From NCBI GenBank assembly GCA_049695115.1, contig JBAVRP010000007.1, positions 38,772-102,771 on the forward strand: DNA of 64,000 bases, written 5' to 3'. The DNA is from Burkholderiales bacterium. GTDB taxonomy: Bacteria > Pseudomonadota > Gammaproteobacteria > Burkholderiales > JBEEJL01. The position numbers were made by a program, and so were the translations under genes. Below the pieces are notes generated by a model. It saw only the letters and a program-made list of their open reading frames with translations. It searched no databases and had not been told where the DNA came from. Shown here piece after piece: positions 1-9,122 of the stretch. How positions within the stretch are numbered: the stretch's first letter is position 1; the number at the start of each line of letters is the position of its first letter.

Positions 1-58
<58 letters not shown>

Positions 59-158
59 AATCAACATCGCGCAGATTAAATTCTGAATTACAACACCGCG
101 CTAAACTTTGCCCACGCCATTGCCCTACAATGGCGACTCTGACTCCAGCGTAAATCCT

Positions 159-1148
159 ATGATTCCCTTTTCCATCCTTGACCTATCCCCGATCACCGAG
201 GGCAGCGACGCTGCGCAATCGTTTCGCAACACCCTCGATCTCGCGCAAAACGGCGAACGCTGGGGCTACCATCGTTGTTGGCTGGCCGAACATCACGGCA
301 TGCCGGGCATCGCGAGTGCCGCGACCGCCGTGCTGATTGCGCATGTCGCGGGCGGCACATCGACCATCCGCGTCGGCGCGGGCGGCATCATGTTGCCCAA
401 TCATTCACCGCTCGTCATCGCCGAACAGTTCGGCACCTTGGAATCGCTCTTCCCCGGCCGCATCGACTTAGGCCTCGGCCGCGCGCCCGGCTCCGATCAA
501 ATCACCGCGCGTGCATTGCGTAGAAATATCGCCTCGGATGCTGACGAGTTTCCGCAAGATGTAATGGAATTGATGGATTATTTTTCCGGCACGCATCAAC
601 AAGCCGTGCGCGCCGTTCCCGGCGCGGGCCTGAATGTACCAATATGGATACTCGGTTCCAGTTTATTTGGCGCGCAACTCGCAGCGGCGCTCGGCCTACC
701 GTACGCCTTCGCCTCGCACTTCGCGCCAGCGCAGATGATGCAAGCGATAGCCTTATATCGCGCCAACTTCAAACCGTCCGCGCAATTACAAAAACCCTAT
801 GTCATGCTGGGCTTCAACGTGTTTGCGGCAGAAACGGATGATGAAGCACATTTTCTCGCGACCTCGATGCAGCAAGCCTTCGTCAACCTGCGCAGCGGAA
901 ACCCAAAGCGCCTGCAGCCGCCAATGGCAGATTATCTACCCCGCATCGGCCCGCAAGAACACGCCCTGCTCAACCAAGTATTATCCTGCGCCGCCATCGG
1001 CTCGCGCGAAACGGTAAAGCGTAGCTTGCAAGCGTTCATCGAACAAACCGGTGCGGATGAATTGATGATCACTTCGCAGATTTTCGATCATGCTGCGCGG
1101 CTGCGGTCGTATGAGATTACTGCAGACTTGCGTGTCACTTGGGATTAA
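159..1148 (+). CDS. LLM-class (luciferase-like) flavin-dependent oxidoreductase, YhbW/MsnO8-like
   Basis: Family blocks [27 protein letters not shown] and [37 protein letters not shown]. The track start at 108 is TTG; the ATG at 159 matches usual family N-termini. Confidence 0.85.
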   Translation: MIPFSILDLSPITEGSDAAQSFRNTLDLAQNGERWGYHRCWLAEHHGMPGIASAATAVLIAHVAGGTSTIRVGAGGIMLPNHSPLVIAEQFGTLESLFPGRIDLGLGRAPGSDQITARALRRNIASDADEFPQDVMELMDYFSGTHQQAVRAVPGAGLNVPIWILGSSLFGAQLAAALGLPYAFASHFAPAQMMQAIALYRANFKPSAQLQKPYVMLGFNVFAAETDDEAHFLATSMQQAFVNLRSGNPKRLQPPMADYLPRIGPQEHALLNQVLSCAAIGSRETVKRSLQAFIEQTGADELMITSQIFDHAARLRSYEITADLRVTWD

Positions 1149-1214
1149 CGGCAGCTTTCGGTTGTGAAGCGCATTCCAAAAAGTCAGGTCGACTCAATCG
1201 GGCTTTCAAGCTTT

Positions 1215-1265
1215 GAGAGGATGAACGTTCAACGCAAAGGTCGGCGGCCGATCCTCTTCATCTCC
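1215..1265 (+). repeat. Degenerate copy of the tRNA-Ala anticodon-loop-to-acceptor region (possible relic att repeat or pseudo-tRNA)
   Basis: cgttcaacgcaaaggtcggcggccgatcctcttcatctcc aligns with tRNA residues cgttcgcaatgcgaaggtcgggagttcgatcctcctcttctcc. The blocks aaggtcgg, cgatcctc and tctcc are identical. Confidence 0.5.
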
Positions 1266-1275
1266 GCTAAAAAAT

Positions 1276-1300
1276 AAAGCCCGTACAACGGGCTTTATAT
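1276..1300. terminator. Bidirectional intrinsic terminator-like hairpin
   Basis: aaagcccg-tacaa-cgggcttt stem-loop, with an A-run upstream and tatattt downstream. It sits between the convergent LLM gene and the minus-strand operon. Confidence 0.6.
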
Positions 1301-1334
1301 TTGTAAAAATCTAGCTAATTTGAATATAAAAATT

Positions 1335-1796
1335 CTACGCGGCTCGGCGTTTGGTAAGTTCGCTTTCCTCCAAGTCCAACGTAAAATCGAATACCATTTG
1401 CATTTTAATCTCAGGCTGCCGGTTTTCGTTGTAACTGTCCGTATCACTTTTAAGCTGCTTACAGTCTCCAAGTATCTGCTGACGTCTTTGCTGAGAGGCG
1501 AGAAGCATATGCTCTGGCTTAGCAGTTCTGATGTCATCCCAAAGATCATGCTGCTCTCCGATGCTCTGCGCAGCATGATTTAGTCTTACACGGCGGCCCT
1601 GCGGATCTGTGTAGTACTCGTCTCGAAGCGCTTAAGCAATTTGATCTGCGCATTGTGCAACAATCGCAGAAGGTTGCGGAACCCAGTGCCCTGTTGAAAT
1701 TGCCCATTGAGCAATTTCTCGGGTAGATGCAGGCCACTTACCCCCATTCGCTCGGTAGGTTTGAACCATTTTTTGCATTTGCTCAGAGTAAGACAT
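1335..1796 (-). pseudogene. Conserved-looking hypothetical ORF (about 152 codons) interrupted by one in-frame TAA at 1632-1634
   Basis: My own minus-strand translation reads MSYSEQMQKMVQTYRANGGKWPASTREIAQWAISTGHWVPQPSAIVAQCADQIA-TAA-ALRDEYYTDPQGRRVRLNHAAQSIGEQHDLWDDIRTAKPEHMLLASQQRRQQILGDCKQLKSDTDSYNENRQPEIKMQMVFDFTLDLEESELTKRRAA-TAG. Both halves are in the same frame. It starts 9 nt after the upstream gene's stop. It is absent from the ORF track because each half falls below the cutoff or lacks a Met. Confidence 0.55.
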
Positions 1797-1804
1797 ATAT
1801 TTTC

Positions 1805-2926
1805 CTATAATTCCAATCGACGACCAAAGCCATCAGTAAGAGCGACGCCAATAATATGTTCTCGTATTTTTTCGAGCAAAGGCCGATGAACTGAGAAATG
1901 AATCAATCCTCGAACTTGAAGCTGTCCAACGACAATACCGGGATGTACGCCAATGCGCTTTGCAAATCCTTTAATCTGGTCTGACGTAAACAAAGGGTTT
2001 ACGCGCGCAATAAATCCCTGAAGTTCGTTTGTATCAATCACGTTTTTTTCTGCATTTTCATTAGCCCTGCGTTCGATTGGGGGTGCTTCTTCGTCAGGTT
2101 TACCGGGCACCAAATCATCCAAAATCGGAGTATTTTGCCCTTCTTCGTGCTTAACATGATCGAGCTCATGAAATAAAGTAAACCAGAAATTGTCCACGCG
2201 GTCGTAGGTCAATGTTAGTGCGATCACCGGTTTTGTTTTGTCCAGCCAAAAACAAGCGCCTGTCATTTTCATGCCGGGAATACATTTAACGATAACTAAT
2301 CTAATTCCGTAATGAGCAAGCAGAGCAGGAATTTCTCGAATTGATTCGACAAATTGTCGCCGACTATTTAATTCTAAGAACAAGTCCTTGAGCCCGGCTT
2401 TATTATATTGTTTCGCCTGTACCACTTCCGCAAGTTGACGCGCACGCCTAACCCAAGCTATTTGCACCATCGAATCAGAAACATAGTTTTGCTTCTTGCC
2501 CGCAAAAGAAAAACTTGGTCTTTCATCAACCGACCCAATACCAAAAAACTCCAAGAACCTCTGCTCAAGAACTACCGGGTTTTCGGAATGTTCGACCCAT
2601 GCACGTTTGATTATTTCCTTTACTGGGAAACGTTGATATATTTTGGCGCGTTGCTTCACTGCGCTCTCTTGAACGGTAGTTTTGGAAAGTTGATATGCGG
2701 TTTCCAAATTCATCCAGTACTCGGCGCTCGTACCAAACGCAGCAGCAAGACCTTTCGCAGTTTCGGGAGTAACCCCCCGCTTACCTAAAACAATTTCGCT
2801 CACTGCTTGTGTAGGGCGCCCAATGATCTCCGCAAGCTCTGCTTGCGTCAAACCACGCGCCTCAAGCTCTTCTTTCAGAAACTCACCCGCATGAAAAACT
2901 TCCGCCGGTATCGTAACGTCATACAT
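1805..2926 (-). CDS. HigA-type HTH (XRE) antitoxin domain fused to an ImmA/IrrE (Peptidase_M78/COG2856) zinc metallopeptidase domain
   Basis: The N-terminus FHAGEFLKEELEARGLTQAELAEIIGRPTQAVSEIVLGKRGVTPETAKGLAAAFGTSAEYWMNLETAYQL is a typical HigA/VapI HTH. The C-terminal part carries FTLFHELDHV (HEXXH), as in ImmA/IrrE. Confidence 0.85.
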   Translation of the reverse strand: MYDVTIPAEVFHAGEFLKEELEARGLTQAELAEIIGRPTQAVSEIVLGKRGVTPETAKGLAAAFGTSAEYWMNLETAYQLSKTTVQESAVKQRAKIYQRFPVKEIIKRAWVEHSENPVVLEQRFLEFFGIGSVDERPSFSFAGKKQNYVSDSMVQIAWVRRARQLAEVVQAKQYNKAGLKDLFLELNSRRQFVESIREIPALLAHYGIRLVIVKCIPGMKMTGACFWLDKTKPVIALTLTYDRVDNFWFTLFHELDHVKHEEGQNTPILDDLVPGKPDEEAPPIERRANENAEKNVIDTNELQGFIARVNPLFTSDQIKGFAKRIGVHPGIVVGQLQVRGLIHFSVHRPLLEKIREHIIGVALTDGFGRRLEL

Positions 2927-2949
2927 TGACGCTCCTCCTATTATAATAA

Positions 2950-3249
2950 TTAGTGATAATCCTCAATTCCGATAATGCGTACAACTTTTTGTCCATTCCT
3001 TTCTACCAATTCCAAAATCAATCGCCATTGGTCATTCAGCCTCATTGAGTGCTGGTGTGCCCTGTTACCCTTAAGCTTCTCATAATGCAACCCTTTAGAG
3101 TTGTAAAAATCCATCTCATTAAGTGCAGCATTAATTTGCTGAATTCGCATTCTGAATTTCGATACAACCTGCGTAGGAAAGCCAGCCGTATATCGGGCAT
3201 CGGTCAAAAGTCGCACATATTTTTTTGAATCATCAAATTCATATTGCAT
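2950..3249 (-). CDS. higB: HigB-family (RelE/ParE superfamily) type II toxin, plasmid-maintenance killer protein type
   Basis: 99 aa. KLKGNRAHQHSMRLNDQWRLILELV...IIGIEDYH matches the HigB-like pattern, including the terminal DYH. It lies directly upstream of a HigA-type HTH gene, which is the reversed toxin-first order typical of higBA. Confidence 0.8.
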   Translation of the reverse strand: MQYEFDDSKKYVRLLTDARYTAGFPTQVVSKFRMRIQQINAALNEMDFYNSKGLHYEKLKGNRAHQHSMRLNDQWRLILELVERNGQKVVRIIGIEDYH

Positions 3250-3283
3250 GTGACTAGAGTAGATTAAATTGGTTCAGTTGTAA

Positions 3284-3313
3284 AGCATAATATCACGGTA
3301 CCCGTGTATTCAA
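3284..3313 (-). promoter_or_regulatory. Candidate sigma70 promoter with an embedded operator palindrome for the higB operon
   Basis: Minus strand reads TTGAAT - 18 nt - TATGCT about 35 nt upstream of the higB ATG. The spacer contains the perfect palindrome CACGG-GTA-CCGTG (plus-strand 3294-3306). Confidence 0.35.
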
Positions 3314-3484
3314 TATTTTATTATATAATAAAAAAACGTATATTTATCAAAAAGTTATTATTATTAAATTGCGTTTTCTGTCAATTAATTCATTGATCTC
3401 AATAAAATCGCGAGGTATTAAACTCAAAGATTGGGGCAAACGACAGTGGAATCCGAGTTAGTAAAGCAAGACTCGAAATTGAGA

Positions 3485-4432
3485 TTAGGGCTTGGTTTCC
3501 GCAAAACACCAATAAGCCAGCGACGCGGCGGCAATGTCGGCCAGTGCGGAGCCGACAGATTTGAATAGTGTTTTTTGTTTGTCGTCGTTGCGCCCTTGAT
3601 GCTGTCCGCTGCAGAGTTTATCCAGCGTAGTAATCGACGACACTTCGATCAAGCCCCATTTTAACGGATGAACAATATCGCCCGCTTCGGCTGCTGCCAT
3701 TTTGGTATCGGCGAATAGCGTGGCGTTGGCGACTAACGCATCATCGGCTTCGCGCATATTTTCGCGGAAGCCGCCGATTAAATCTACGTGCGTGCCGGGC
3801 TGGATCCATGCGCCTAGTATCAGTGGCTGCGTGGATAAGGTGGCGGCGCTGATCATGTCGCTGCTTTCTACTGCGGCTTTCAAATCGGTGGTAACTGACG
3901 CGTTGAAGCCTTGCTTGCTTAATTGCGCGACTAATTTTTCTGCTGGCTCTGAATGTCGGTTCCACACCTTCACCGATTGCAATTTACGCACGGCGGAATA
4001 GGCGGCGGGAATTAAACTGGCGACACGGCCCGCGCCGACGACGAGTAAATGCGCCGCAACTTTGCGCGCGAGAAAATCAGCGGCGGCGGCGGATGTGGCG
4101 GCGGTACACATGGCGGTGAGTTGGTTGCCGTCTATCGACGCGAGGGTTTGACCAGTCTTGTTGGAATACAAAAGATAAGTGGAATTGAGCGCGGCAATTT
4201 TATGTTGCGCGTTATCGGGAAAGACGTTGACGATTTTGACGCAGAGAAAATCGTCGTTCCAAGCGGGCATAAGTAAGAGCGTCGGAGTTTCGCGCATACT
4301 CGCATTGCCGACGGAATAATGTAAGCGTTCTGGCACTGTCGTCGCGCTGGCGAACATGGATTTCATGCGCGCGACTAAATCGGGCCACTGTAATAACTGC
4401 GCAAGCTGGTCCGCGTCGATGTGAGTTGTCAT
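3485..4432 (-). CDS. Ornithine cyclodeaminase / mu-crystallin family protein
   Basis: 315 aa with the Rossmann segment LLVVGAGRVASLIPAAY and an overall OCD/mu-crystallin-like sequence. Confidence 0.85.
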   Translation of the reverse strand: MTTHIDADQLAQLLQWPDLVARMKSMFASATTVPERLHYSVGNASMRETPTLLLMPAWNDDFLCVKIVNVFPDNAQHKIAALNSTYLLYSNKTGQTLASIDGNQLTAMCTAATSAAAADFLARKVAAHLLVVGAGRVASLIPAAYSAVRKLQSVKVWNRHSEPAEKLVAQLSKQGFNASVTTDLKAAVESSDMISAATLSTQPLILGAWIQPGTHVDLIGGFRENMREADDALVANATLFADTKMAAAEAGDIVHPLKWGLIEVSSITTLDKLCSGQHQGRNDDKQKTLFKSVGSALADIAAASLAYWCFAETKP

Positions 4433-4464
4433 GTTTATAATTTTAACGGTATGGGAAAGTGTGA

Positions 4465-4578
4465 GTTAGTCCTTCGACAGGCTCAGGATGAACGGTATTG
4501 TGTTAGTCCTTAGACAAGCTCAGGATGAACGTACTGTGCGTTAGTCCTTCGACAGGCTCAGGACGAACGGTAGGGTGT
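4465..4578. repeat. Three directly abutting 37-39 bp REP-like units
   Basis: gttagtccttcgacaggctcaggatgaacggtattgt (4465-4501), gttagtccttagacaagctcaggatgaacgtactgtgc (4502-4539) and gttagtccttcgacaggctcaggacgaacggtagggtgt (4540-4578). Confidence 0.85.
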
Positions 4579-4637
4579 TTTGACGTTCGTGGTGGGTTTG
4601 TCGGACCATACACACCACCAACTAGTTCGGCGTTTGC

Positions 4638-5453
4638 TTAAACAAAAAAACGTGCGGACATTTCTTCCAGCCCAACCGTCCTCAGCACTTCAAGCAGACG
4701 CTCGCTCGGGCGTTTGCGCGGCAGGTTTTGGTAGCTGGCGATGATGAGTTCGTTTTTCATTGAGTGTTCCCAGCCGACTAGCTCGGTGACATTGACTTGG
4801 TAGCCGTGGGCTTCGAGTTGCAGGCAGCGTAATACATTGGTGAGCTGGCTGCCGAATTCTCGTGTGTGGATCGGGTGGCGCCAGATTTCTGTCAGCGCAT
4901 CTTTGGCTAGGGCTTTGCCTTTGTTTTTTTTCAGCACTGATGCGACTTCGGCTTGGCAGCACGGCACGAGGACGATGTGTTGCGCGTGCTTTTTTAGCGC
5001 GAAGTTTATTGCGTCGTCGGTGGCTGTGTCGCACGCGTGTAGCGCGGTGGCGATGTCGATTTTTTCTGGCAGTTTGTTTGACGTAATGGATTCGGCGACG
5101 GACAAATTGAGGAAAGACATGCGCGGGAAGTTTAAGCGTTGCGCGAGCTCGGTGGATTTTTGCACCAAGTCATCGCGGCGCTCGATACCGTAAATATGCG
5201 AAGCATTTTCCTGCGCTTTGAAAAATAAATCGTACAAAATAAAACCCAGATACGACTTGCCAGCACCGTGATCGACCAATACTATATCTTGTTGATTTAT
5301 TTGAATATTTTTTAAAAGTAGCTCGATGAATTGGGTCAGGTGATAGACCTGTTTCAGTTTACGCCGGCTGTCCTGATTCATCTTGCCGTCGCGCGTGAGG
5401 ATATGCAGCTCTTTCAGCAGCTCGATGGATTGTTCCGGCTTGATTTCATGCAT
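4638..5453 (-). CDS. Class I SAM-dependent methyltransferase
   Basis: 271 aa. Motif I-like VLVDHGAGKSYLGFILY. Confidence 0.75.
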   Translation of the reverse strand: MHEIKPEQSIELLKELHILTRDGKMNQDSRRKLKQVYHLTQFIELLLKNIQINQQDIVLVDHGAGKSYLGFILYDLFFKAQENASHIYGIERRDDLVQKSTELAQRLNFPRMSFLNLSVAESITSNKLPEKIDIATALHACDTATDDAINFALKKHAQHIVLVPCCQAEVASVLKKNKGKALAKDALTEIWRHPIHTREFGSQLTNVLRCLQLEAHGYQVNVTELVGWEHSMKNELIIASYQNLPRKRPSERLLEVLRTVGLEEMSARFFV

Positions 5454-5462
5454 GGCGAAAAT

Positions 5463-6809
5463 TTATGCGCGCAAAAAAGTAAGGACTAGACCTGCAAGTG
5501 CGCAAGCGGCGATAAGCATTATCACATTCGCCATGTAACGAAACAATGCGATGCAGGCGACGACGCAAAGCGCCATGGAAAATAAATCTGGCCGCGCTGA
5601 AAACCCTTTAGGCCAGAACACATGCCAGGCAAAAAAAATAGCGAGATTGACGATGACGCCGACGACGGCAGCGGTGATCGCGGATAGCGGCGCGGTGAAT
5701 TTGAGATTGCCGTGCGTGGTTTCGATAAACGGCCCGCCGAGAAAAATGAAAATGAAGCTGGGCAGGAAAGTAAAAAGCGTGACGACGCCCGCGGCGATAA
5801 ATGCAGAAGCGAACAAAGCATCCGGACCCAAAACCGATTTAGTCCAGCCGCCGACAAAGCCGACGAAGGTGACGACCATGATCAGCGGCCCCGGCGTGGT
5901 TTCGCCCAGCGCGAGGCCGTCGATCATTTGCGCAGCGGTGAGCCATTGATGTTCAACCACGCCGCCCTGATAGACGTAAGGCAACACGGCATACGCGCCG
6001 CCGAAAGTGAGCAGCGCGGCTTTGGTGAAAAACCATGCCATTTGTGTCAGTACACTGGTTTTGCCGAAGATGGCGATCAGCACCAACATGCTGAGCAGCC
6101 AAATAAAAACGCCGATCAGCGCGACGCGCAGGCATTTTTTTTTGCTGAATAGCGCATGAGGAGGCGTGGGCGTATGGTCGTCGATCAACGCGGGTTCATG
6201 TGCTTTACCTGATGCGGTGTGCGTACTGCTTAGTTTGAAAGTCTCAGGTGAATAGCGGCTGTAAATCGCGCCGAATAGTCCCGCTGATAAGACAATCAGC
6301 GGAAACGGCAGATTGAAAACGAAGATGGCGATGAAGGCCGCAACCGCGATAGCGATCAATGTGCCGTTTTTAAGCGAACGCGAGCCGATGCGATAGGCGG
6401 CGAATAAGACGATGGCGGTCACTGCCGGTTTAATGCCGTAGAGAACTCCTGCGACAGCAGACACATGCCCGTAGGCGAGATAAATCCACGACAGTAGCAG
6501 CAAAATAAAAAATGACGGCAACACAAACAACACACCGGCGACGATGCCGCCCCAGGTGCGATGCATCAGCCAGCCGATATACACTGCGAGTTGTTGCGCT
6601 TCCGGGCCGGGCAACAGCATGCAATAATTTAGCGCATGTAAAAATCGTTGTTCGGAGATCCAGCGTTTTTGATCGACTAAATCGTGATGCATGATGGCGA
6701 TTTGCCCGGCGGGTCCGCCGAAGCTGATAAAGCCGAGTTTGAGCCAATATTTGAACGCGGCAAAAAAACTGACGGGCGTTGGAGAGGTTAATTGTTGCTG
6801 TGCTGACAT
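5463..6809 (-). CDS. chrA: Chromate transporter (CHR family, two-domain ChrA)
   Basis: 448 aa polytopic membrane protein. LGFISFGGPAGQIAIMH in the N-terminal half and a LTFGGAYAVLPY repeat in the C-terminal half are typical of ChrA. Confidence 0.9.
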   Translation of the reverse strand: MSAQQQLTSPTPVSFFAAFKYWLKLGFISFGGPAGQIAIMHHDLVDQKRWISEQRFLHALNYCMLLPGPEAQQLAVYIGWLMHRTWGGIVAGVLFVLPSFFILLLLSWIYLAYGHVSAVAGVLYGIKPAVTAIVLFAAYRIGSRSLKNGTLIAIAVAAFIAIFVFNLPFPLIVLSAGLFGAIYSRYSPETFKLSSTHTASGKAHEPALIDDHTPTPPHALFSKKKCLRVALIGVFIWLLSMLVLIAIFGKTSVLTQMAWFFTKAALLTFGGAYAVLPYVYQGGVVEHQWLTAAQMIDGLALGETTPGPLIMVVTFVGFVGGWTKSVLGPDALFASAFIAAGVVTLFTFLPSFIFIFLGGPFIETTHGNLKFTAPLSAITAAVVGVIVNLAIFFAWHVFWPKGFSARPDLFSMALCVVACIALFRYMANVIMLIAACALAGLVLTFLRA

Positions 6810-6881
6810 GGCTTCATGTTACGCCAACTAACTGGGTGAGGTAAGCTTACAGATGATTTGTTCACGTTGCGCTAACAGCAG

Positions 6882-6908
6882 ATCCTTCGTTGCACTCAGG
6901 ATGACAAA
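6882..6908. repeat. Solitary REP-like unit related to the 4465-4578 repeats
   Basis: atccttcgttgcactcaggatgacaaa shares the tccttcg..gc.ctcaggatga core. Confidence 0.4.
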
Positions 6909-7046
6909 TCGGGGAAATAATTGAATATTTCAGAATCTCAAATATTACAAAGTATTTAATATAATCAAATGGTTATAATGCTTCTTTTTATTGACCTCAT
7001 GGCAAAATTCTTTTTCCTTTTTCTTTTTTATATCCGTACTAACAAT

Positions 7047-8423
7047 ATGCATGACAAATTTTTTAATCGTCTATTTCAGTTTTTATTCGCGCTGATTTTT
7101 TTCGTTGCGTCACACACCCACGCGGCTTTGCCGCTGGCCGAAAGCAAAAGCGGTTTGCCGAGTTTGGCGCCGATGATTGCGACGGTCACGCCATCGGTGG
7201 TGAATATTTCGGTGTTGTCGCGCTCACCGGCGGAAGACAATCCGCTGTTCCGCGATCCTTTTTTCCGCCGCTTTTTTGATATTCCCGATGCGGCGACCAA
7301 ACCGCAGCGCAGTGCAGGGTCGGGCGTCATTGTCGATGCGGCGAAGGGTTATGTGCTGACCAATAATCATGTCATCAAGGATGCGCAGCAGGTTATTGTA
7401 ACGCTGAAAGACCGGCGCCAATTCATCGCGCAATTGGTCGGCACCGATCCGGGCACCGACATCGCGGTATTAAAAATCGATCCGCAGAATTTAACCGCGT
7501 TGCGCTTTGGTGATTCGGATGCCCTGGATGTCGGCGATTATGTGGTCGCTATCGGCAATCCGTTCGGCCTCGGACAAACGGTTACGTCGGGCATTATTAG
7601 TGCGCTCGGCCGTACCGGATTGAACATCGAAGGTTATGAAGATTTTATCCAGACCGACGCCTCAATCAATCCGGGAAACTCCGGCGGCGCGCTGGTGAGT
7701 TTGCGCGGTGAACTCATCGGCATCAACACCGCCATCATCGGCCCGGCGGGCGGCAATGTCGGCATCGGCTTTGCCGTGCCGACCAATATGGTGCGCGAGG
7801 TGATGAACCAGATCGTGCGTTACGGCGAAGTGAAACGCGGCCGCTTCGGATTGAGCGCGCAAGACTTGACACCAGATTTGGCAGCTTCGCTCGCCATCAA
7901 CACCAACGAGGGCGCGTTGGTGACGGAAGTGGAATCGGGATCGCCTGCCGACAAGGCCGGCATCAAACCGCGCGATGTTATTTTGATTGCCAATGGCAAA
8001 CCGGTGCGCGGCGCGGCGGATGTGCGCAATCGCGTGGGCCTCACGCCCATCGGGGAAGATGTAGAATTTAAAATATTGCGCGATGGCAAACAACTCGCCG
8101 CCAGGGCCAAAGTCGTCGCACCGTTTACGCTGGCATCAGTCGAAGGCAGATTGATTCCGCAACTCGAAGGCGCGGCAGTCGCCAACATCGAGCGAGGCAT
8201 GCCGATGTTCGGCAAGATGGAAGGGGCGTTAGTAACGCGCGTTGAGCCGAATTCGCCAGCGTGGTACTACGGCATTCGTCCCGGTGACATTATTGTGAGC
8301 GTAAACCGTATCCGCACCAAAAATATTGCCGAATTGCAAAACGCGTTGCGCGCGGCGGAACGCAATGCCGTGGCGGTGACCTTGTTGCGCGGGGATTTCC
8401 GCCTGACGATATTGATACGCTGA
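7047..8423 (+). CDS. Do/DegP/DegQ-family periplasmic serine endoprotease with two PDZ domains
   Basis: Has a signal peptide. Catalytic blocks TNNHV, TDIAVLK and GNSGGAL are followed by two PDZ-like segments. The ATG at 7047 (MHDKFFN...) is preferred over the track start at 6969. Confidence 0.9.
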   Translation: MHDKFFNRLFQFLFALIFFVASHTHAALPLAESKSGLPSLAPMIATVTPSVVNISVLSRSPAEDNPLFRDPFFRRFFDIPDAATKPQRSAGSGVIVDAAKGYVLTNNHVIKDAQQVIVTLKDRRQFIAQLVGTDPGTDIAVLKIDPQNLTALRFGDSDALDVGDYVVAIGNPFGLGQTVTSGIISALGRTGLNIEGYEDFIQTDASINPGNSGGALVSLRGELIGINTAIIGPAGGNVGIGFAVPTNMVREVMNQIVRYGEVKRGRFGLSAQDLTPDLAASLAINTNEGALVTEVESGSPADKAGIKPRDVILIANGKPVRGAADVRNRVGLTPIGEDVEFKILRDGKQLAARAKVVAPFTLASVEGRLIPQLEGAAVANIERGMPMFGKMEGALVTRVEPNSPAWYYGIRPGDIIVSVNRIRTKNIAELQNALRAAERNAVAVTLLRGDFRLTILIR

Positions 8424-8424
8424 T

Positions 8425-8793
8425 TTATTTTATTGGCAACTTGAAATGCGGATTATGGATCAAGCCAAACGCGTTGCCGAAAGGATCGCGCACTACGGCG
8501 ACTTTAATGCCGCCGCCGACATCCGCCACCGGGTTATACGCCGTCGCTCCGAGCTTTAACAAGCGTTCGTATTCAGCGTCGATGTCTTCTACGCCCCAAT
8601 AAGCGACGACATTTTCCACTGTGGTGCGTGCTGGTTTTTGCTGCTGCAGACCCAATTCGAAGCCGCCGACATTAAAGCCGACATAAAACGGTTCGTCGAA
8701 ATACGGCTCGACACCGAGTACGTCGGCATACCAGCGTTTGGCATGGTTGAGGTGATCTACCTGATAAATCGCGGTGCGCAGTCCAAGCAGCAT
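8425..8793 (-). CDS. VOC (glyoxalase/bleomycin-resistance/dioxygenase) family protein
   Basis: About 122 aa from MLLGLRTAIYQVDHL. The track ORF (to 8901) would overlap the next gene, so the internal Met is preferred. Confidence 0.7.
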   Translation of the reverse strand: MLLGLRTAIYQVDHLNHAKRWYADVLGVEPYFDEPFYVGFNVGGFELGLQQQKPARTTVENVVAYWGVEDIDAEYERLLKLGATAYNPVADVGGGIKVAVVRDPFGNAFGLIHNPHFKLPIK

Positions 8794-8798
8794 GATGA

Positions 8799-9002
8799 CT
8801 ATTTTTTTATATCGCCAAAATAGGCGTAAGCCGGCTTGGGCAAATCGGATGCTTCGATTTGTTTTTGCTCGGATGGCGTAAGCGGCCGTTTTTCCCACCA
8901 CATGGCGCGGGCCTTTTGCTGATCGGCTGCCAGTTCGGGATTTTTTTCCATCAAGTCGCGTATGAATAGGGTGATCTCGGATTCGTATTTTTTGAGTTTC
9001 AT
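8799..9002 (-). CDS. Small conserved protein, DUF3460-like
   Basis: 67 aa. MKLKKYESEITLFIRDLMEKNPELAADQQKARAMWWEK resembles my memory of the DUF3460 family pattern. That recollection has not been verified. Confidence 0.55.
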   Translation of the reverse strand: MKLKKYESEITLFIRDLMEKNPELAADQQKARAMWWEKRPLTPSEQKQIEASDLPKPAYAYFGDIKK

Positions 9003-9122
9003 AAATGCAATCGCTCTGAATAAAGTTTACCGCTTATTATACCGCGCCGGATTGACCTGAAGCGCACGCAGCACTAACATGCGCTATCGGTGCAAGCGCA
9101 CCATCAACCAAGGGGGATTCGT

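Noticed and set aside
4465-4578. Possible CRISPR array, given direct repeats of about 37 bp.
   Set aside because: The units abut with no spacers, there are only three copies with point differences, and no cas genes or leader are present. It is a tandem REP-like repeat.
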